Shown: positions 1 to 11,056, counted from the stretch's first letter. The stretch is 64,000 nucleotides of DNA from an uncultured Pseudomonadota bacterium (GCA_963736005.1 CAVTNB010000001.1:1056001-1120000); one strand, 5' to 3'. Notes: generated by a model not told the origin, from the letters alone. A program made the numbers and translations.

Positions 1-1
1 C

Positions 2-448
2 ATGTTGACTGCTAAGTCGGATATCAAGGACCGGGTCACCGGACTCGAACTTGGCGCGGACGACTACGTCCCCAAACCTTTTGCGTTTCCCGAACTCGTC
101 AGCCGTTTGGAAGCCGCGCTGCGCCGGCCGCATATTTCAGTACCGGAGTTTCTTCGGTTCGAGGATCTCAGCGTGAATCTCAAAACGCGCGAGGTGACGC
201 GAGACGGCAAGTCGATTTCGTTGACGAACAAAGAATTTACTCTCCTCACCACACTCATGCGCGAACCTCGCCGGATTTTCAGCAAAGACGAGCTGCTAGG
301 GCTTGTGTGGGGCGAAGACTTCGAAGGCGAAGTGGGCAACGTGGAAACGTATATCTCATATCTTCGCGCGAAGATCGACGCAGATGCGCCGACGAAGCTC
401 ATCCATACCGTCCGGGGCGCTGGCTATTCATTGCGAAGCGCTAAGTAA
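2..448 (+). CDS. OmpR/PhoB-family response regulator, 5'-truncated by the window edge
   Basis: Receiver C-terminal motifs MLTAK and GADDYVPKPF; winged-helix motifs VETYISYLRAKI and IHTVRGAGY. Confidence 0.95.
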   Translation: MLTAKSDIKDRVTGLELGADDYVPKPFAFPELVSRLEAALRRPHISVPEFLRFEDLSVNLKTREVTRDGKSISLTNKEFTLLTTLMREPRRIFSKDELLGLVWGEDFEGEVGNVETYISYLRAKIDADAPTKLIHTVRGAGYSLRSAK

Positions 449-451
449 AAT

Positions 452-530
452 CGAGAGGGGCGATTTTCCAATCACCCCGTACACGCGCGGATAAATTCGC
501 GCGACTACATGCGCCAAATTCGCGCGCTAG
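452..530 (-). repeat. REP cluster: family A (457-478), family B (484-508), degenerate B (511-530)
   Basis: GGGGCGATT-TTCC-AATCACCCC then CGCGCGGATAAATTCGCGCGA-CTAC (GTAG on the minus strand); 452-478 is identical to 52974-53000. Confidence 0.85.
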
Positions 531-856
531 ACGATAACGATATCCGCGAAGCGCATCAAGTCTGAAACTTGCAACAGACCCTGAAGGCGCTCGCCCGCGA
601 TCACAGTGACTTTGTGACCGTTTCGGCTCAGGTCCCTGACCGCTTTGACGAACGTTCCCCAAGCGTTCGAGGCGACGGACTGTGTTCGACGAAGGTCGAG
701 CGCGGCATCTGCATGCGATACGCGCTGGGCGTGTCGTTGGAAGCGACGCATCGCCTTACAGGCATCGGGGCCGAGCACTTCGTCGAACACGAGCGTTGCG
801 GGCACAGCTAATGGGACGTTCGGTTTGTTTGTTGCGTGCATGAAGAGGTTTGACAA
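527..856 (-). CDS. STAS-like (anti-sigma antagonist-like) small protein
   Basis: ALDLRRTQSVASNAWGTFVKAVRDLSRNGHKVTVIA...LLQVSDL resembles the STAS pattern; start uncertain. Confidence 0.55.
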   Translation of the reverse strand: MSNLFMHATNKPNVPLAVPATLVFDEVLGPDACKAMRRFQRHAQRVSHADAALDLRRTQSVASNAWGTFVKAVRDLSRNGHKVTVIAGERLQGLLQVSDLMRFADIVIV

Positions 857-869
857 TCCTTAATGGGCG

Positions 870-896
870 GGCGGCGAATCGGTGTCATTCGCCGCC
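870..896. terminator. GC-rich hairpin downstream of the kinase, in the STAS gene leader
   Basis: GGCGGCGAAT-N7-ATTCGCCGCC, perfect 10-bp stem; no clear U tract. Confidence 0.4.
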
Positions 897-963
897 ACAC
901 AACAAGTGTATCGCGGGATTCTCAAATTTCGCTGAGAAAAAGAATTAAGTTTTCCTGAAGAGA

Positions 964-2451
964 CTAATTTCGGGCCGCGTGCTGCCAGGCGGGAAATCGA
1001 AGCTCGACTGTTGTGCCCTTACCGAGAGACGATTCGAGCGACACCGAACCGCCTGCTCGCTCGACTGCGCGCTCTACGATGGCAAGGCCTAGGCCGGAGC
1101 CGGAGATCGAACCACCCATTTCACCGCGGGAGAATCGTTCGAAGGCTCGCGCGCGAATTTCGGGGGTCATGCCTGGTCCGTCATCGCTCACAGCAATGAA
1201 AACGGAGTCGCCTCGCGCTTTCACGTTTGCTTGGATGTGCGAGCGGGGGGCGTACTTGAGGGCATTGTCGATAAGATTGCCTATGGCTTCGTGCAATTCA
1301 GACTCGGAAACCTGAACGAACGAATCATGCTGCGCCTGCAAGCTAAGCGTTGCGCCATTCGCGAGGGGACGAAACGACTCGACGACGTTTTGGGCAATAT
1401 CAGCGGCGTCGAGAATCTTGACGTCGTGCGGTTCCTGGCTCTCAAGCCGTGTTAGTAAGAGCAGCTTTTGGATGAGTACGCTCATGCGTTTGCCTTGTTC
1501 GTCGATTTCCGAGAAGACGCGAGCGGACATTTCGGCGTCCGTCCGCACGCCTTGGCGCAGCAGCTGCACATAGCCCATGATCACGGCGAGCGGCGTGCGC
1601 AGCTCGTGGCCGGCGTCCGCCACGAACTGGGTAATCTTGCCTTCCACTTCGGTACGCTGCTTCGAGGCTGATTGCATCTCACTCGCGACTTCGTTATAAG
1701 CCTCAACGAGTTCGGACGCATCTTCGTCTTGCGGATCGAATGTTTCAAGACGCGCATAGTCACCATGCGCAAGCCGGAGCAGGCCGGTTCGCAGCCGTTC
1801 CATAGGCCGCAGTGCGCCTGCAAACATCCGGCGCCCAAGCAGCAAGACTAAAACGAAGGTCACTGCTACAAGCGCAAGCGCGACGAGACGCTCGAGGTTT
1901 TGAATTGAGTCGATCGCATCTTGGGTCGGCTGAAAGAGGACCATGCCTCCGCTGATCGGCACAAAGGATATTGGCTCGGTCATCGTCGCGAACGGCCAGC
2001 GAATGAAGGTTATCCCGTGCGCCGTCGGTGGGTGCATGACGTACAGCGTGCCGCGAAAACCAATATCGGGTATCCCGCCGGAGCCGGATGGCAAACCAAC
2101 CGGTGGCCCAGGAGGACTCGCTGGGAAACGTAATGGCCGATCGGCTGCAAGCTCGGCGCTGCCGGCGAGCAGTTTCCCCGAGTTGTCGACAACTGCCGCC
2201 GTGTACCCAGAAGCTGAGGTGATGAGGGCAACGATCTCTTGGGCGATTTGGGTTGGCGTCTTATTTTGGCTTTGCAGATACTGCGCTGTGTGCTGAACGT
2301 CGTCTGCAATCCGGGCGCGGGCGTTGGCATCAAACCATAAGTTGGGAGCTACCAGGCTCAGCCCCCAGGACATGATCGCGAAAACCAGCAGCGAGCAGAC
2401 AGCCGCGATCGCAGCGAGCCCAAGACTAGAGGTCCAGCTTCGTCGAGTCAC
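964..2451 (-). CDS. HAMP-domain sensor histidine kinase
   Basis: Two TM segments, H-box DAGHELRTPL, N-box NLIDNALKY, G-boxes DDGPG and GSGLGLAIV. Confidence 0.95.
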   Translation of the reverse strand: MTRRSWTSSLGLAAIAAVCSLLVFAIMSWGLSLVAPNLWFDANARARIADDVQHTAQYLQSQNKTPTQIAQEIVALITSASGYTAAVVDNSGKLLAGSAELAADRPLRFPASPPGPPVGLPSGSGGIPDIGFRGTLYVMHPPTAHGITFIRWPFATMTEPISFVPISGGMVLFQPTQDAIDSIQNLERLVALALVAVTFVLVLLLGRRMFAGALRPMERLRTGLLRLAHGDYARLETFDPQDEDASELVEAYNEVASEMQSASKQRTEVEGKITQFVADAGHELRTPLAVIMGYVQLLRQGVRTDAEMSARVFSEIDEQGKRMSVLIQKLLLLTRLESQEPHDVKILDAADIAQNVVESFRPLANGATLSLQAQHDSFVQVSESELHEAIGNLIDNALKYAPRSHIQANVKARGDSVFIAVSDDGPGMTPEIRARAFERFSRGEMGGSISGSGLGLAIVERAVERAGGSVSLESSLGKGTTVELRFPAWQHAARN

Positions 2452-2459
2452 GTTTTCTT

Positions 2460-2511
2460 ATTCTACCCTTTGCGTTCCATTCTTGCGCATGAGTCTGGGA
2501 CCCGGCTGGGA
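2460..2511 (-). promoter_or_regulatory. Putative kinase promoter: TCCCAG-N5-TCCCAG direct repeat and -10 TAGAAT
   Basis: CTGGGA at 2495-2500 and 2506-2511 (11-bp period, typical of OmpR-family boxes); TAGAAT at 2465-2460, 8 nt before the GTG start. Confidence 0.5.
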
Positions 2512-2516
2512 ATGGC

Positions 2517-3953
2517 CTAATCTTCGCGCGAAAAGCTCACGTCTTGCACGTCGCCGTTCGAGCCCAGTTGCACCCAGTAACTGACGACGGCTGAGGGGTA
2601 GAACAAACGGTAGATCTCGGACACACCCTCAGTATGGGCATCTCGACCGAGAAAAATCATTCGCTTTAGTCTTCCGTACCCCGCGAGCATGCGTTGCAGG
2701 GCGGCAACGTGCAGTGGCGTCATTTGCTTGTTCAAATCCGGCGTCAATTTCGTCGAATCCAGGCGTCCAGCGGTCAATTCCGCCAAGACGATTTGGGCCA
2801 GCCTGGTCGCTCTTGGATTCTCTCCGGCGACCGATGTCAATTCGACCGCGTGTTCTGCCAGACTCGGATGTTCGAAAATTGCGAAGATCTCGCGCGCGAG
2901 GAACTCCTCATTGAATCCATCGGTATTGCTGAGCAAGATGACGACAAAGCGGTCATCGGGGAACGTGACGTTCTCACCCGAGTATCCCGTCCACTCGCCT
3001 TGATGCGCGATCTCGCGATGCCCGTATGCCGAGTCGATCCCCAACCCGAACCCATAGTTGTACGTCGTTTCGGCGCCGTGTGGACCCGGGGTCATCATCA
3101 TCTTAAGCAATTTCTCGTTGACGACCCGTCCGGAATCGAGCGCGTCGTCCCACTTCACTAAGTCGAGGGCCGTTGTGTTGACACCGCCATCCGGGTAGTC
3201 GAGAATCGACACGCCCTGTGGCGGCGTCAACGTAGTCCGACCGTTGACGACCGTGTAGCCGAGAGCGCCATCTGGCATGTTGATGGGGGTCGTCCCTATG
3301 CTGGTTGCACGCAGCTGCAGCGGCATGATGATGCGCTTGGTTAGAAAGGTATCGAACGGCATGCCGCTTGCTTTGCTGACGATAATTCCCGCCAAGACAT
3401 AGTTGCTGTTGGAGTACTCATACCTCGCGCCAGGCGGGAAGCGTAGCGGTGCTTTTTCAACCGCGGCGAGAATCTTCGGCAGCGAAAGAGAATTGGCGTC
3501 GAGGAGGTCGAGATAGTCGGCCAAGCCTGACGTGTGATTGAGCAGATTGCGAATCGTGATCCGCTCGCCGTTTGGGAAACCGGGGAGAAAGCGAGAAATG
3601 GGATCATCCACGTTGAGCTTACCGTCTTGTTGGAGAAGCATCACACACGCGGCCGTGAACTGCTTGGTCATCGACGCGATGTTGTAGATGGTCTGTGGCG
3701 TGGCAGGCAAGCGTTTTGCGAGATTGCGGTATCCGTAGGCTTGGGCGTAGAGCACCACCCCGTTGCGAGCTACTGCCAGCGACAAGCTGGCGAGGTGCTG
3801 GTGCTGGAGCGCCCCGTTTGCGAGGGCGTCAACTTGCGGCCTCCAAGCAGGTGTTGGCGTTGCAGCCGTTGTGGCCAATGCGCCGTGACGGCATGCGCTG
3901 ATCAAGAGCGCAAGCCCGCAGATGACAAGGAGAGCGATGTTCTGTCGCTTCAT
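2517..3953 (-). CDS. Serine hydrolase (beta-lactamase/AmpC-like), probable lipoprotein
   Basis: SxxK motif ASMTK, LLNHTSG, YxN motif YSNSNY; lipobox LISAC. Confidence 0.9.
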   Translation of the reverse strand: MKRQNIALLVICGLALLISACRHGALATTAATPTPAWRPQVDALANGALQHQHLASLSLAVARNGVVLYAQAYGYRNLAKRLPATPQTIYNIASMTKQFTAACVMLLQQDGKLNVDDPISRFLPGFPNGERITIRNLLNHTSGLADYLDLLDANSLSLPKILAAVEKAPLRFPPGARYEYSNSNYVLAGIIVSKASGMPFDTFLTKRIIMPLQLRATSIGTTPINMPDGALGYTVVNGRTTLTPPQGVSILDYPDGGVNTTALDLVKWDDALDSGRVVNEKLLKMMMTPGPHGAETTYNYGFGLGIDSAYGHREIAHQGEWTGYSGENVTFPDDRFVVILLSNTDGFNEEFLAREIFAIFEHPSLAEHAVELTSVAGENPRATRLAQIVLAELTAGRLDSTKLTPDLNKQMTPLHVAALQRMLAGYGRLKRMIFLGRDAHTEGVSEIYRLFYPSAVVSYWVQLGSNGDVQDVSFSRED

Positions 3954-4000
3954 GCGCGGTCATTTTTCCACGCAGCGTCGAAGTTCCGGCCCTTTGGCTT

Positions 4001-5050
4001 CTATGGGACCCGGTTCGCGGGCGGAGTCGCATGCAACCCCGGCAGCACGCTATCGATACTACTGGGCGATCGGGTATTGGTGCGCGCGAGCATGTCGTGC
4101 CAGGCGCGTCCAAAAGCATCCTTGATCGTGCCTATAGAGTGCAAGCCGCCGGGTTGTTCATAATAATGCGCGTCGATACCGCTCGCAAGAAGCATGTCGT
4201 AGTTTTTCTTCATGTAGCCCTGCGGTACGATAGGGTCGTTCGAGCCGACGACCAAAAAGACCGGAACGCGTTGCAGTCCGTGCAGAGCGGCGGTAATATC
4301 CTCAGTCACCATGCCGCCTGAGGCGGCTAAGACCGCGGCCCAGACATCCGGGTGCTTCGGACCGACGATGAAAACGCCGTAGCCGCCCATCGAGTGACCC
4401 GCAAGATAGATGCGATGCGGATCGACGTTGAACGCTTGGCGTCCGACGTCTACGGCGGCATACACGTCGGTTGAAGCAGGATCGACATACTGGCTATCCC
4501 CGCGGGCATACGGCGCGATGACAATCGTCCCGCCGGCGTCCGCGGCGGCGCGCACCCACGGCGAAGCGATCATATCGTTCTCAGAGTCGCCTCGTCCGTG
4601 TAAAAGCACGACAAGCGGGGTTGGCTTTTTCGGGTCGTACGAGTGTGGCACATAGGCAGCAAGCGGCTGCATGGTGCCGTCCGCGGGCGTTTTGTAGACA
4701 GTGTCATCGGCGCCACGCACGGCGGCGAGTGGATGAAAGCGGCCGGTGGCAAGCTGGTCGACCAGACTTGCGTCGAGCCTCGCCAAGTAGGTGTTGTACT
4801 CGAGAAAATCGGCGGCGCTCATCCAAGGCGGTTTTGCTGCAGGCTCGATGCCCGAAGAATCGGAGTCGATTCGCGCCTCGAGGTCGACCGCGATGCCTGA
4901 GCGCGCATTAATCTGGGAAAAAGATTGGATGAGTTCGGTGTGGGCCGCGGTCATTTGATCTCGTAGCCCTTGCGTTGCGTCAGGTGCGGCGAGCGCAACT
5001 GAAGCGGTGACGGCGAGCGTGCAAACTGCGGCGAGAGTACGAGCACCCAT
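4001..5050 (-). CDS. Secreted alpha/beta-hydrolase (PHB depolymerase/esterase-like)
   Basis: Signal peptide; LLHGRG; nucleophile elbow GHSMGG; TATAAT 10 nt upstream of the ATG. Confidence 0.85.
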   Translation of the reverse strand: MGARTLAAVCTLAVTASVALAAPDATQGLRDQMTAAHTELIQSFSQINARSGIAVDLEARIDSDSSGIEPAAKPPWMSAADFLEYNTYLARLDASLVDQLATGRFHPLAAVRGADDTVYKTPADGTMQPLAAYVPHSYDPKKPTPLVVLLHGRGDSENDMIASPWVRAAADAGGTIVIAPYARGDSQYVDPASTDVYAAVDVGRQAFNVDPHRIYLAGHSMGGYGVFIVGPKHPDVWAAVLAASGGMVTEDITAALHGLQRVPVFLVVGSNDPIVPQGYMKKNYDMLLASGIDAHYYEQPGGLHSIGTIKDAFGRAWHDMLARTNTRSPSSIDSVLPGLHATPPANRVP

Positions 5051-5093
5051 GGTTTACTTGATTATACCACGCGTGCCAATGAGAATGGGCTTA

Positions 5094-5161
5094 CGCGCGA
5101 ATAAATCCGCGCGATGATGTGGGGAATTTGCCAAAAAGCGGACCTAAAGGTCAGCTGCTAC
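5094..5161 (-). repeat. REP family B (5094-5114) and family C (5138-5161)
   Basis: CGCGCGAATAAATCCGCGCG and GCGGACC-TAAA-GGTCAGCTG-CTAC. Confidence 0.8.
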
Positions 5162-8158
5162 ATTAACGAGTGGAAGGTCTGGGCCGCTCGTGCGTAAGCA
5201 GTTTTGAGCGATGCCGCGATTTGGGCTTGGGTCTGTGTTGGTGCTTGGTAGGAACTGCTGGAGATGCGGCCGATAAGATCCAGCAAACGATCGCGCAGGC
5301 CGGCCGGGACGCCGAGATCTTCAACGTTTTTCGCATCGTACGTCAACTGCGCCCGAAACGCGACGAGCGAAGCGCGCTTTATGCCCCAGGTTGGGTGCCC
5401 GCAACTGCTTGTCGATCTGGTTGAGCATCGCATCGACCCCTCCCAGTTCACCAAAAAGCTCGGCTAGGGTCGCGTGGCGCTGTTGCAGTTGATCGAGCGT
5501 GCTCGGGTCGCGCGGATCCGCCTTGACCACGACTTGCTGTTGCTGGGTAATGCCATCCACCTGCAGACGCACTGTGTACGTCCCCGGCAACACTTCTGCT
5601 CCGGTTCCGGGTCCCTGATTGTCTTTGAACGTGCCAAGCCACTTCGTTGGTCCATCTTCGGTGAGGTCCCATGCGGTGCGGTTGAATCCCGCAACGCGTG
5701 GCACGCTCTTGCCGCTTAAATGGCGAACGACATGTCCCTGTGCGTCCAAGATTTGAATGCTGGCCGCGCGGTGCGTGCTCGAAGCCAGCGCATAGGTGAT
5801 GAGCGCTCCATATTTTACGTTAGGGCCGTGGAAAATGTTACTCGGCAATGTGTTATCTGTGAACGAGTTGATTGGACTCCACTGCCACCAGCGATACGCA
5901 TCGCGCGGTGCAAAGAGCGTCACCGTGCTGCTCGTGGTCGAACTCAATTGTTGCAGTGGCCGCAGATCGTCAAACACCCACACCCCACGGCCATGCGTCG
6001 CCACCAACAGATCGTTGCGCTGCGGTTGGATTTCGAGGTCGTACACGGCGCTGGCTGGCATATTCAGCCGCAGCGAGCGCCAGTGCCCACCGCCGTCCCA
6101 TGATGCCCACACGCCACGTCGCGTACCTGCGTACAAGAGGTTGGCATTTTGCGGATCTTGGCGGATGCTTCGGACGAAGAGGTCGTTCGGGAGATCGCTT
6201 GAGATCGACCGCCACGTCGCGCCGTAGTCGTGCGTTGCGAAAAGATGGGGACTATCATCGCCAAGCATATGGTTGTCGACCGCGATGAAGGCGGTGGCTG
6301 CGTTCTGGCGGCTCGCCTCGACCGTCGCCACGCGTCCCCAATACGGTGCCGCATGCGGCGTGACGTTAGCCCAATGGATGCCGCCGTCGCGGGTCAACTG
6401 CACGAGGCCGTCGTCCGTTCCCACCCAGAGCGTCGCGTTATCAACCGGCGATGGAGCGATCGTGAGAATCGTATCTGAGGTTTCTGCTCCCGACGTGTCC
6501 GCGTCGATCGGACCGCCCGGGGTCTGCTGGTGCGCTCTCACGTTGCGGGTGAGGTCCGGGCTGATCATGGTCCAGGATTGGCCGCGATCGGAACTTTCGA
6601 ACACGGTATTGCCGCCGACCAACGCTTTTCCATCTGCCGTAAACGCGATGGGTGAGTCCCAGTTGAAGCGGTGCGCGAGCGTGCTCGCGGCAAGGCCGCC
6701 ATTCAGTTCGGCATCGGGCGAGACCTCATACGCTTGCTGCGTCCGCGAGTCCCAAAGATACACTTGGCCAGAACCGCTCGCGGTTGAGGTGGACCAGATG
6801 AGATGCTGATCTAGGGGATCGTACACTGCCCACATGCCGTCCCCAGGTCCGATTGTCCACCAGTCGCGATTCAACACCCCGAGACCGCTGTCGCTATTGG
6901 AAGGCCCGCACCACGAGCTGTCATCTTGCAGACCGACACACACGTGGTAATTCGGCAGCGCGTTGTCGAAACCAACGTGATACGTTTGCGAGAAAGGCAA
7001 GTCATACGGTTGACGCCAGGTCGAGCCGCTGTCTGATGAGAGGATGGCGCCTTCGTCGGTTCCCACAGCGACGCGTCGGCCGTCGGCCGACCACCACACG
7101 GCGTGATAGTCCCAGCCTGCGTTTGCGGAAATCACGTGAAAGCTGCGGCCGCCGTTGATCGACATTGAAAGTTCGAGCCCCACGCTGATGAGACGGTCAG
7201 GATTCGCCGGATCCAAGGTGATGCGACTGAAGTAAAAAGGCCGCGCGCCCACCAGATAACTGTGTGGCATCAGGCGCCATGATGCGCCTCCATTATCTGA
7301 GCGCCACACATCACCAGCCTTTGATTGGATGATCGCATACACGCGACCATTTGAGCCAGCAGAGATACCAATGCGGCCCATCGGACCATCGGGCAAGCCA
7401 TGACCGCTAAGCTTGCGCCAGCTGTTGCCGCCGTCGTCGGACCGAAACAGGCCGTCTTGCAAACCGCCGCTGATCATCGTCCAGGGTTTGCGGCGAAGTT
7501 GATAGAGGCCGGCGAAAATTGTGTCGGGCGAATTCGGTACGCGCGCGAGATCCGAAACACCCGTCGAAGGGCCGACGAAGAGAGCCCGCCGCCAGTTCAC
7601 GCCGCCGTCTGAGGTAACGTAGACTCCCCGCATTTGACTATCGCGAAAGATTTGTCCGAGGACGCCGACGACAACTCGGCGCGAATCGCGCGGGTCGATG
7701 GAGATGCTCGAGATGGATCCCGCATCGTCAAGTCCCAGGTGCTTCCAGGTCTTGCCGCCGTCTGTGGAGTGCCAGATGCCGTCGCCCGTCGCGACGGTGT
7801 TACGCGGGTTCGATTCGCCTGTGCCGACCCAGATATCATTCGCGTTGTTCGGCGCTATCGCGATGGCGCCGATGGCAGCCGCGCTCGCTTGGTCGAAGAT
7901 TGGCGTCCACGTCGAACCACCGTCGCTGCTTTTGAACACGCCACCGTCGGCGCCACCAGCGAAATAGAGCTGATCGTCCAGATTCGTCCCGATGACGGCC
8001 GTCGTTCGGCCGACCCCAATGGCTGGACCAATGCCGCGATAGGAAAGCCCGGTCAAGCTTGGTGTCGCGGCGGCAGCTGCGCGCCACATTCCAAGGAAGA
8101 GTGCAAGCACGAAAACCAAGAGCACAGATAGGTTAAGGCGTCTCGTCATAGTCACCAT
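5158..8158 (-). pseudogene. Secreted VPS10/BNR Asp-box beta-propeller glycosyl-hydrolase-like protein with an apparent frameshift near 5380
   Basis: 945-aa ORF 5321-8158 has many S-x-D-G-G-x-T/S-W Asp boxes; a family-like helical tail (RAQLTYDAKNVEDL...YQAPT) continues in another frame to the stop at 5158. Confidence 0.7.
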
Positions 8159-8203
8159 AAATAATTCGCGTCGCTTTGAAAAACCTTTGAACGCTTCATC
8201 AGG

Positions 8204-10075
8204 TTAGACGTAGTTGGCAAGAACGAGCGTGACTGCTCTTTGCACACCGGCCCGCTCGAGCGTGAGCTGCACGAGCGTGCCTGGTGCATCGTGCAAGATC
8301 GTGCGCAGCAAAAGTAGACCGACGCTTGCGGCTGGAGCCTTATTGACCTCTACGATCAGATCGCCGGCTTTGATCCCAACACGTGCGGCCGGCGTGCCAG
8401 GGAGCGCGTCGATCACCCGAATCCCGGCCTTAGTCTGCACGAGCACGAGACCGGAGCGATCGTAGGTGTCCGGCCGATCGTAGGACTCATTCGGTTTGAG
8501 ATACATGATTTGGGGACGGTAGGCAAAAGTTACGGTGAATCGCTTGAGCATGCCGCTGCCGATGTTGCCTGCGGTCCCCGGTTCGGTGGTCGCGCCGGCA
8601 GTGTCTTGGGAGAGGGTCGCGACGACACTCTTGACGGGCACTGGGCCAATGTTGAAAAGGGGCAACCGGATCAGCGCTCCATACGATGGCCCACCTAAGC
8701 CGTAGCCCGTAATCCCTCGCACGCTTGCGAGCGGGAGGTTGTGCGCGACGACAAACGGCGTGTAGACGACCAGGGAGTTGCGATCGCCCGTATCGATAAT
8801 GAAGCTGCCAGCAAGCTCCCCAGAGCTTGCTGCAAGCGATGCAAAACTGCCCTGCACCTGGGGAATCGTTTGGTCGTACACAAACGAAAGAGCGGATCCG
8901 AGATTGCCCGGGCTCATCGCTCGTGCCAACGTGAGCCGGCTACTTTGGTAATCGACCGTCGTGATGAAGCGTCGCAACACCTCGAAGCCGACGATGCCTT
9001 GGATTTTGACACCTTCAATAGCTTGCATGACGTGGTCGATGGCAAGCACGGCACACGATTGATGCTTAAGCGTCGCACCGCCAAGCTGCAAGGTGTCAAC
9101 CCAGGTGAAACCCGCCGTGACTCGATTCGCACCGGCACCCATTCCTTGCAATGAACCAGCTCCAACTCTCCCGACGCGTGCAGCGACCTGCGGCGTGATG
9201 ACGCATTGACCGCCGGTATCAAAAACCACGAGGAAAGGACCCTGGCCGTTGATTTTGACGTGGACGTAAATGTGATTGTTGATAAGCTTAAAGGGAACCG
9301 TTGTTGCATTCCCACCTGCAATCGAGGCATCGGTTATCGTCGTCACCGGGATCGTAAACCCGCCCGCTACGTTTTCGTTAAGTTCGACACGCGTCACCGT
9401 CGTATGAATCTCGTTGCCTTGGGAGGCCAGCGTTATTGCAAAAGGCAGGGCTGTGCCGCCGACGGCTCGGTAATCGGAAAACGTCGCGGTGGAATTGCGA
9501 CCGTTCGGTATGTGAACGACTTCGTTTGCAATGAGGTACGTCTTCCGGTTGAACGAAATGTCCACAGGGAACCCATTTTTGGGTTCGGCATGGATCACGT
9601 AGTAGGATCCATTCGCATCTGCGGAGAGTCCGACGTAGGAGAGACTGCCCGGCCAGCGGTTCGGATACAAAAACGAGTACGAGGTGAGGTACGCCTGGGT
9701 TGCTGCAGCGTGCAGCGAGGTGTAGTCGCCGACCGGCCACGAATCGCCCGTAGCGTCCTGCGCCCACAACGTCTTACCGTCGAATCCACCCGCGTTCGAG
9801 ATCGGCCCTAGCGATTGCCGCTGGAGCGAATTGCCGTTTTGCAGATCGTCGTACTGCTGGCCGGTACCCGAGATGCCTCCCACGACCAAACGCTGGGTCC
9901 AGTGGATGGAGCGTACGCCATCAAGCGCATCGCCCCCCAGGGCAGCTTTGGCACCGGCTAGGACGCGGGCAACCGCCCCATTCGGCATTGCGTTCGCTGC
10001 TGCGAAATGAGGTGCGAGAAAGAATCCGACAAGTGCGAGGCAGAGAATGCCTGCCGTTGATCGATGTCTCATCAC
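8204..10075 (-). CDS. Secreted aspartyl protease with two retropepsin-like domains and a C-terminal PDZ domain
   Basis: Signal peptide; VFDTGG and IIDTGD motifs; PGTPAARVGIKAGDLIVEVN. Confidence 0.9.
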   Translation of the reverse strand: MMRHRSTAGILCLALVGFFLAPHFAAANAMPNGAVARVLAGAKAALGGDALDGVRSIHWTQRLVVGGISGTGQQYDDLQNGNSLQRQSLGPISNAGGFDGKTLWAQDATGDSWPVGDYTSLHAAATQAYLTSYSFLYPNRWPGSLSYVGLSADANGSYYVIHAEPKNGFPVDISFNRKTYLIANEVVHIPNGRNSTATFSDYRAVGGTALPFAITLASQGNEIHTTVTRVELNENVAGGFTIPVTTITDASIAGGNATTVPFKLINNHIYVHVKINGQGPFLVVFDTGGQCVITPQVAARVGRVGAGSLQGMGAGANRVTAGFTWVDTLQLGGATLKHQSCAVLAIDHVMQAIEGVKIQGIVGFEVLRRFITTVDYQSSRLTLARAMSPGNLGSALSFVYDQTIPQVQGSFASLAASSGELAGSFIIDTGDRNSLVVYTPFVVAHNLPLASVRGITGYGLGGPSYGALIRLPLFNIGPVPVKSVVATLSQDTAGATTEPGTAGNIGSGMLKRFTVTFAYRPQIMYLKPNESYDRPDTYDRSGLVLVQTKAGIRVIDALPGTPAARVGIKAGDLIVEVNKAPAASVGLLLLRTILHDAPGTLVQLTLERAGVQRAVTLVLANYV

Positions 10076-10094
10076 GTTCTCCTACAAAATGGCA

Positions 10095-10162
10095 ACGTGG
10101 TGGGCGATTTTCCAATCGCCCCCTACATCCATGGTACCGTGGTGGGCGGTTTCCAATCGCCC
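10095..10162 (-). repeat. Tandem pair of REP family A
   Basis: GGGCGATTTTCCAATCGCCCCCTAC (10102-10126) and GGGCGGTTTCCAATCGCCC (10144-10162), each preceded by CGTGGT. Confidence 0.85.
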
Positions 10163-10170
10163 GTTATCGT

Positions 10171-11043
10171 TTAAGCGTAGGCGTCCTGGAGCGAAGCCAA
10201 GCTGGGATCGATCGTCTCGATCGGCAGCAGCGCAATGGGAGGGCTCTCCTGACGCAGAGTCAGGTCTTCGAGCGTGGGGCGCGTTTCGCGGTAAAAAATG
10301 CCAAGCGGAATTTTGCCGGGCTGCATGAGGGTTGCGAACGCTTTCGCCCGATCGCGGACGTCGTAATCGGCAATGTCTTCCACGTGGTAGACGTTTTCTT
10401 TGAACCACTTATATGTGTTAACTTTGTTGAAAGTCACGCACGGCGACATTACTTCTACGAGCCCAAAGCCTGGATGGCGGACAGCCTCTTTGATCATCTC
10501 CGTCATCTGCTTTGGTTCCGAAGAGAAGCCGCGCGCAATGAACGTGCCTCCTGCTGCGAGCGCGATGGCCAGTCCATTGATCGGCGCATCGGGATTGCCT
10601 TGCGGGTGCGGACCAGCCACGAAGCCGAGCATGCTGGTGGGAGACGATTGTCCCTTCGTCAACCCGTAGGTCTGATTATCCATGACGATGTACGTCATGT
10701 TCGGGTTACGCCTGACCGCGTGGAGAAAATGCCCGGCCCCGATCGCGTAGCCATCGCCGTCGCCCCCTGCGACGATGACGGTGAGATCCTTGTTCGCAAG
10801 CTTGACGGCAGTTGCCGTGGGCAATGCACGACCGTGGACCCCATGAAAGGCGTATGAATGCAGGTAGCCTGAAATCTTTCCGGAGCAGCCAATGCCAGAG
10901 ATGAAGGCGACATTGCGAGGTTCGAGGGCGAGATCGGCGCACGCTTGCTTCAATGCGGCCAACACGCCAAAATCACCGCAGCCGGCACACCACCAGGATG
11001 GGGTAGCGGTCGCGAAGTCTTTCGGACTCAGAACGGTTGCCAT
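10171..11043 (-). CDS. korB: 2-oxoacid:ferredoxin oxidoreductase beta subunit (substrate not determinable)
   Basis: WCAGCGDFG, SGIGCSG, HGRALP, TPP motif GGDGDG, YGLTKGQ, SPCVTFN. Confidence 0.93.
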   Translation of the reverse strand: MATVLSPKDFATATPSWWCAGCGDFGVLAALKQACADLALEPRNVAFISGIGCSGKISGYLHSYAFHGVHGRALPTATAVKLANKDLTVIVAGGDGDGYAIGAGHFLHAVRRNPNMTYIVMDNQTYGLTKGQSSPTSMLGFVAGPHPQGNPDAPINGLAIALAAGGTFIARGFSSEPKQMTEMIKEAVRHPGFGLVEVMSPCVTFNKVNTYKWFKENVYHVEDIADYDVRDRAKAFATLMQPGKIPLGIFYRETRPTLEDLTLRQESPPIALLPIETIDPSLASLQDAYA

Positions 11044-11056
11044 TTATTTTTCCTTT

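Noticed and set aside
9988..10857. 289-aa plus-strand ORF opposite korB
   Set aside because: Antisense shadow that runs through REP repeats; no domain signal
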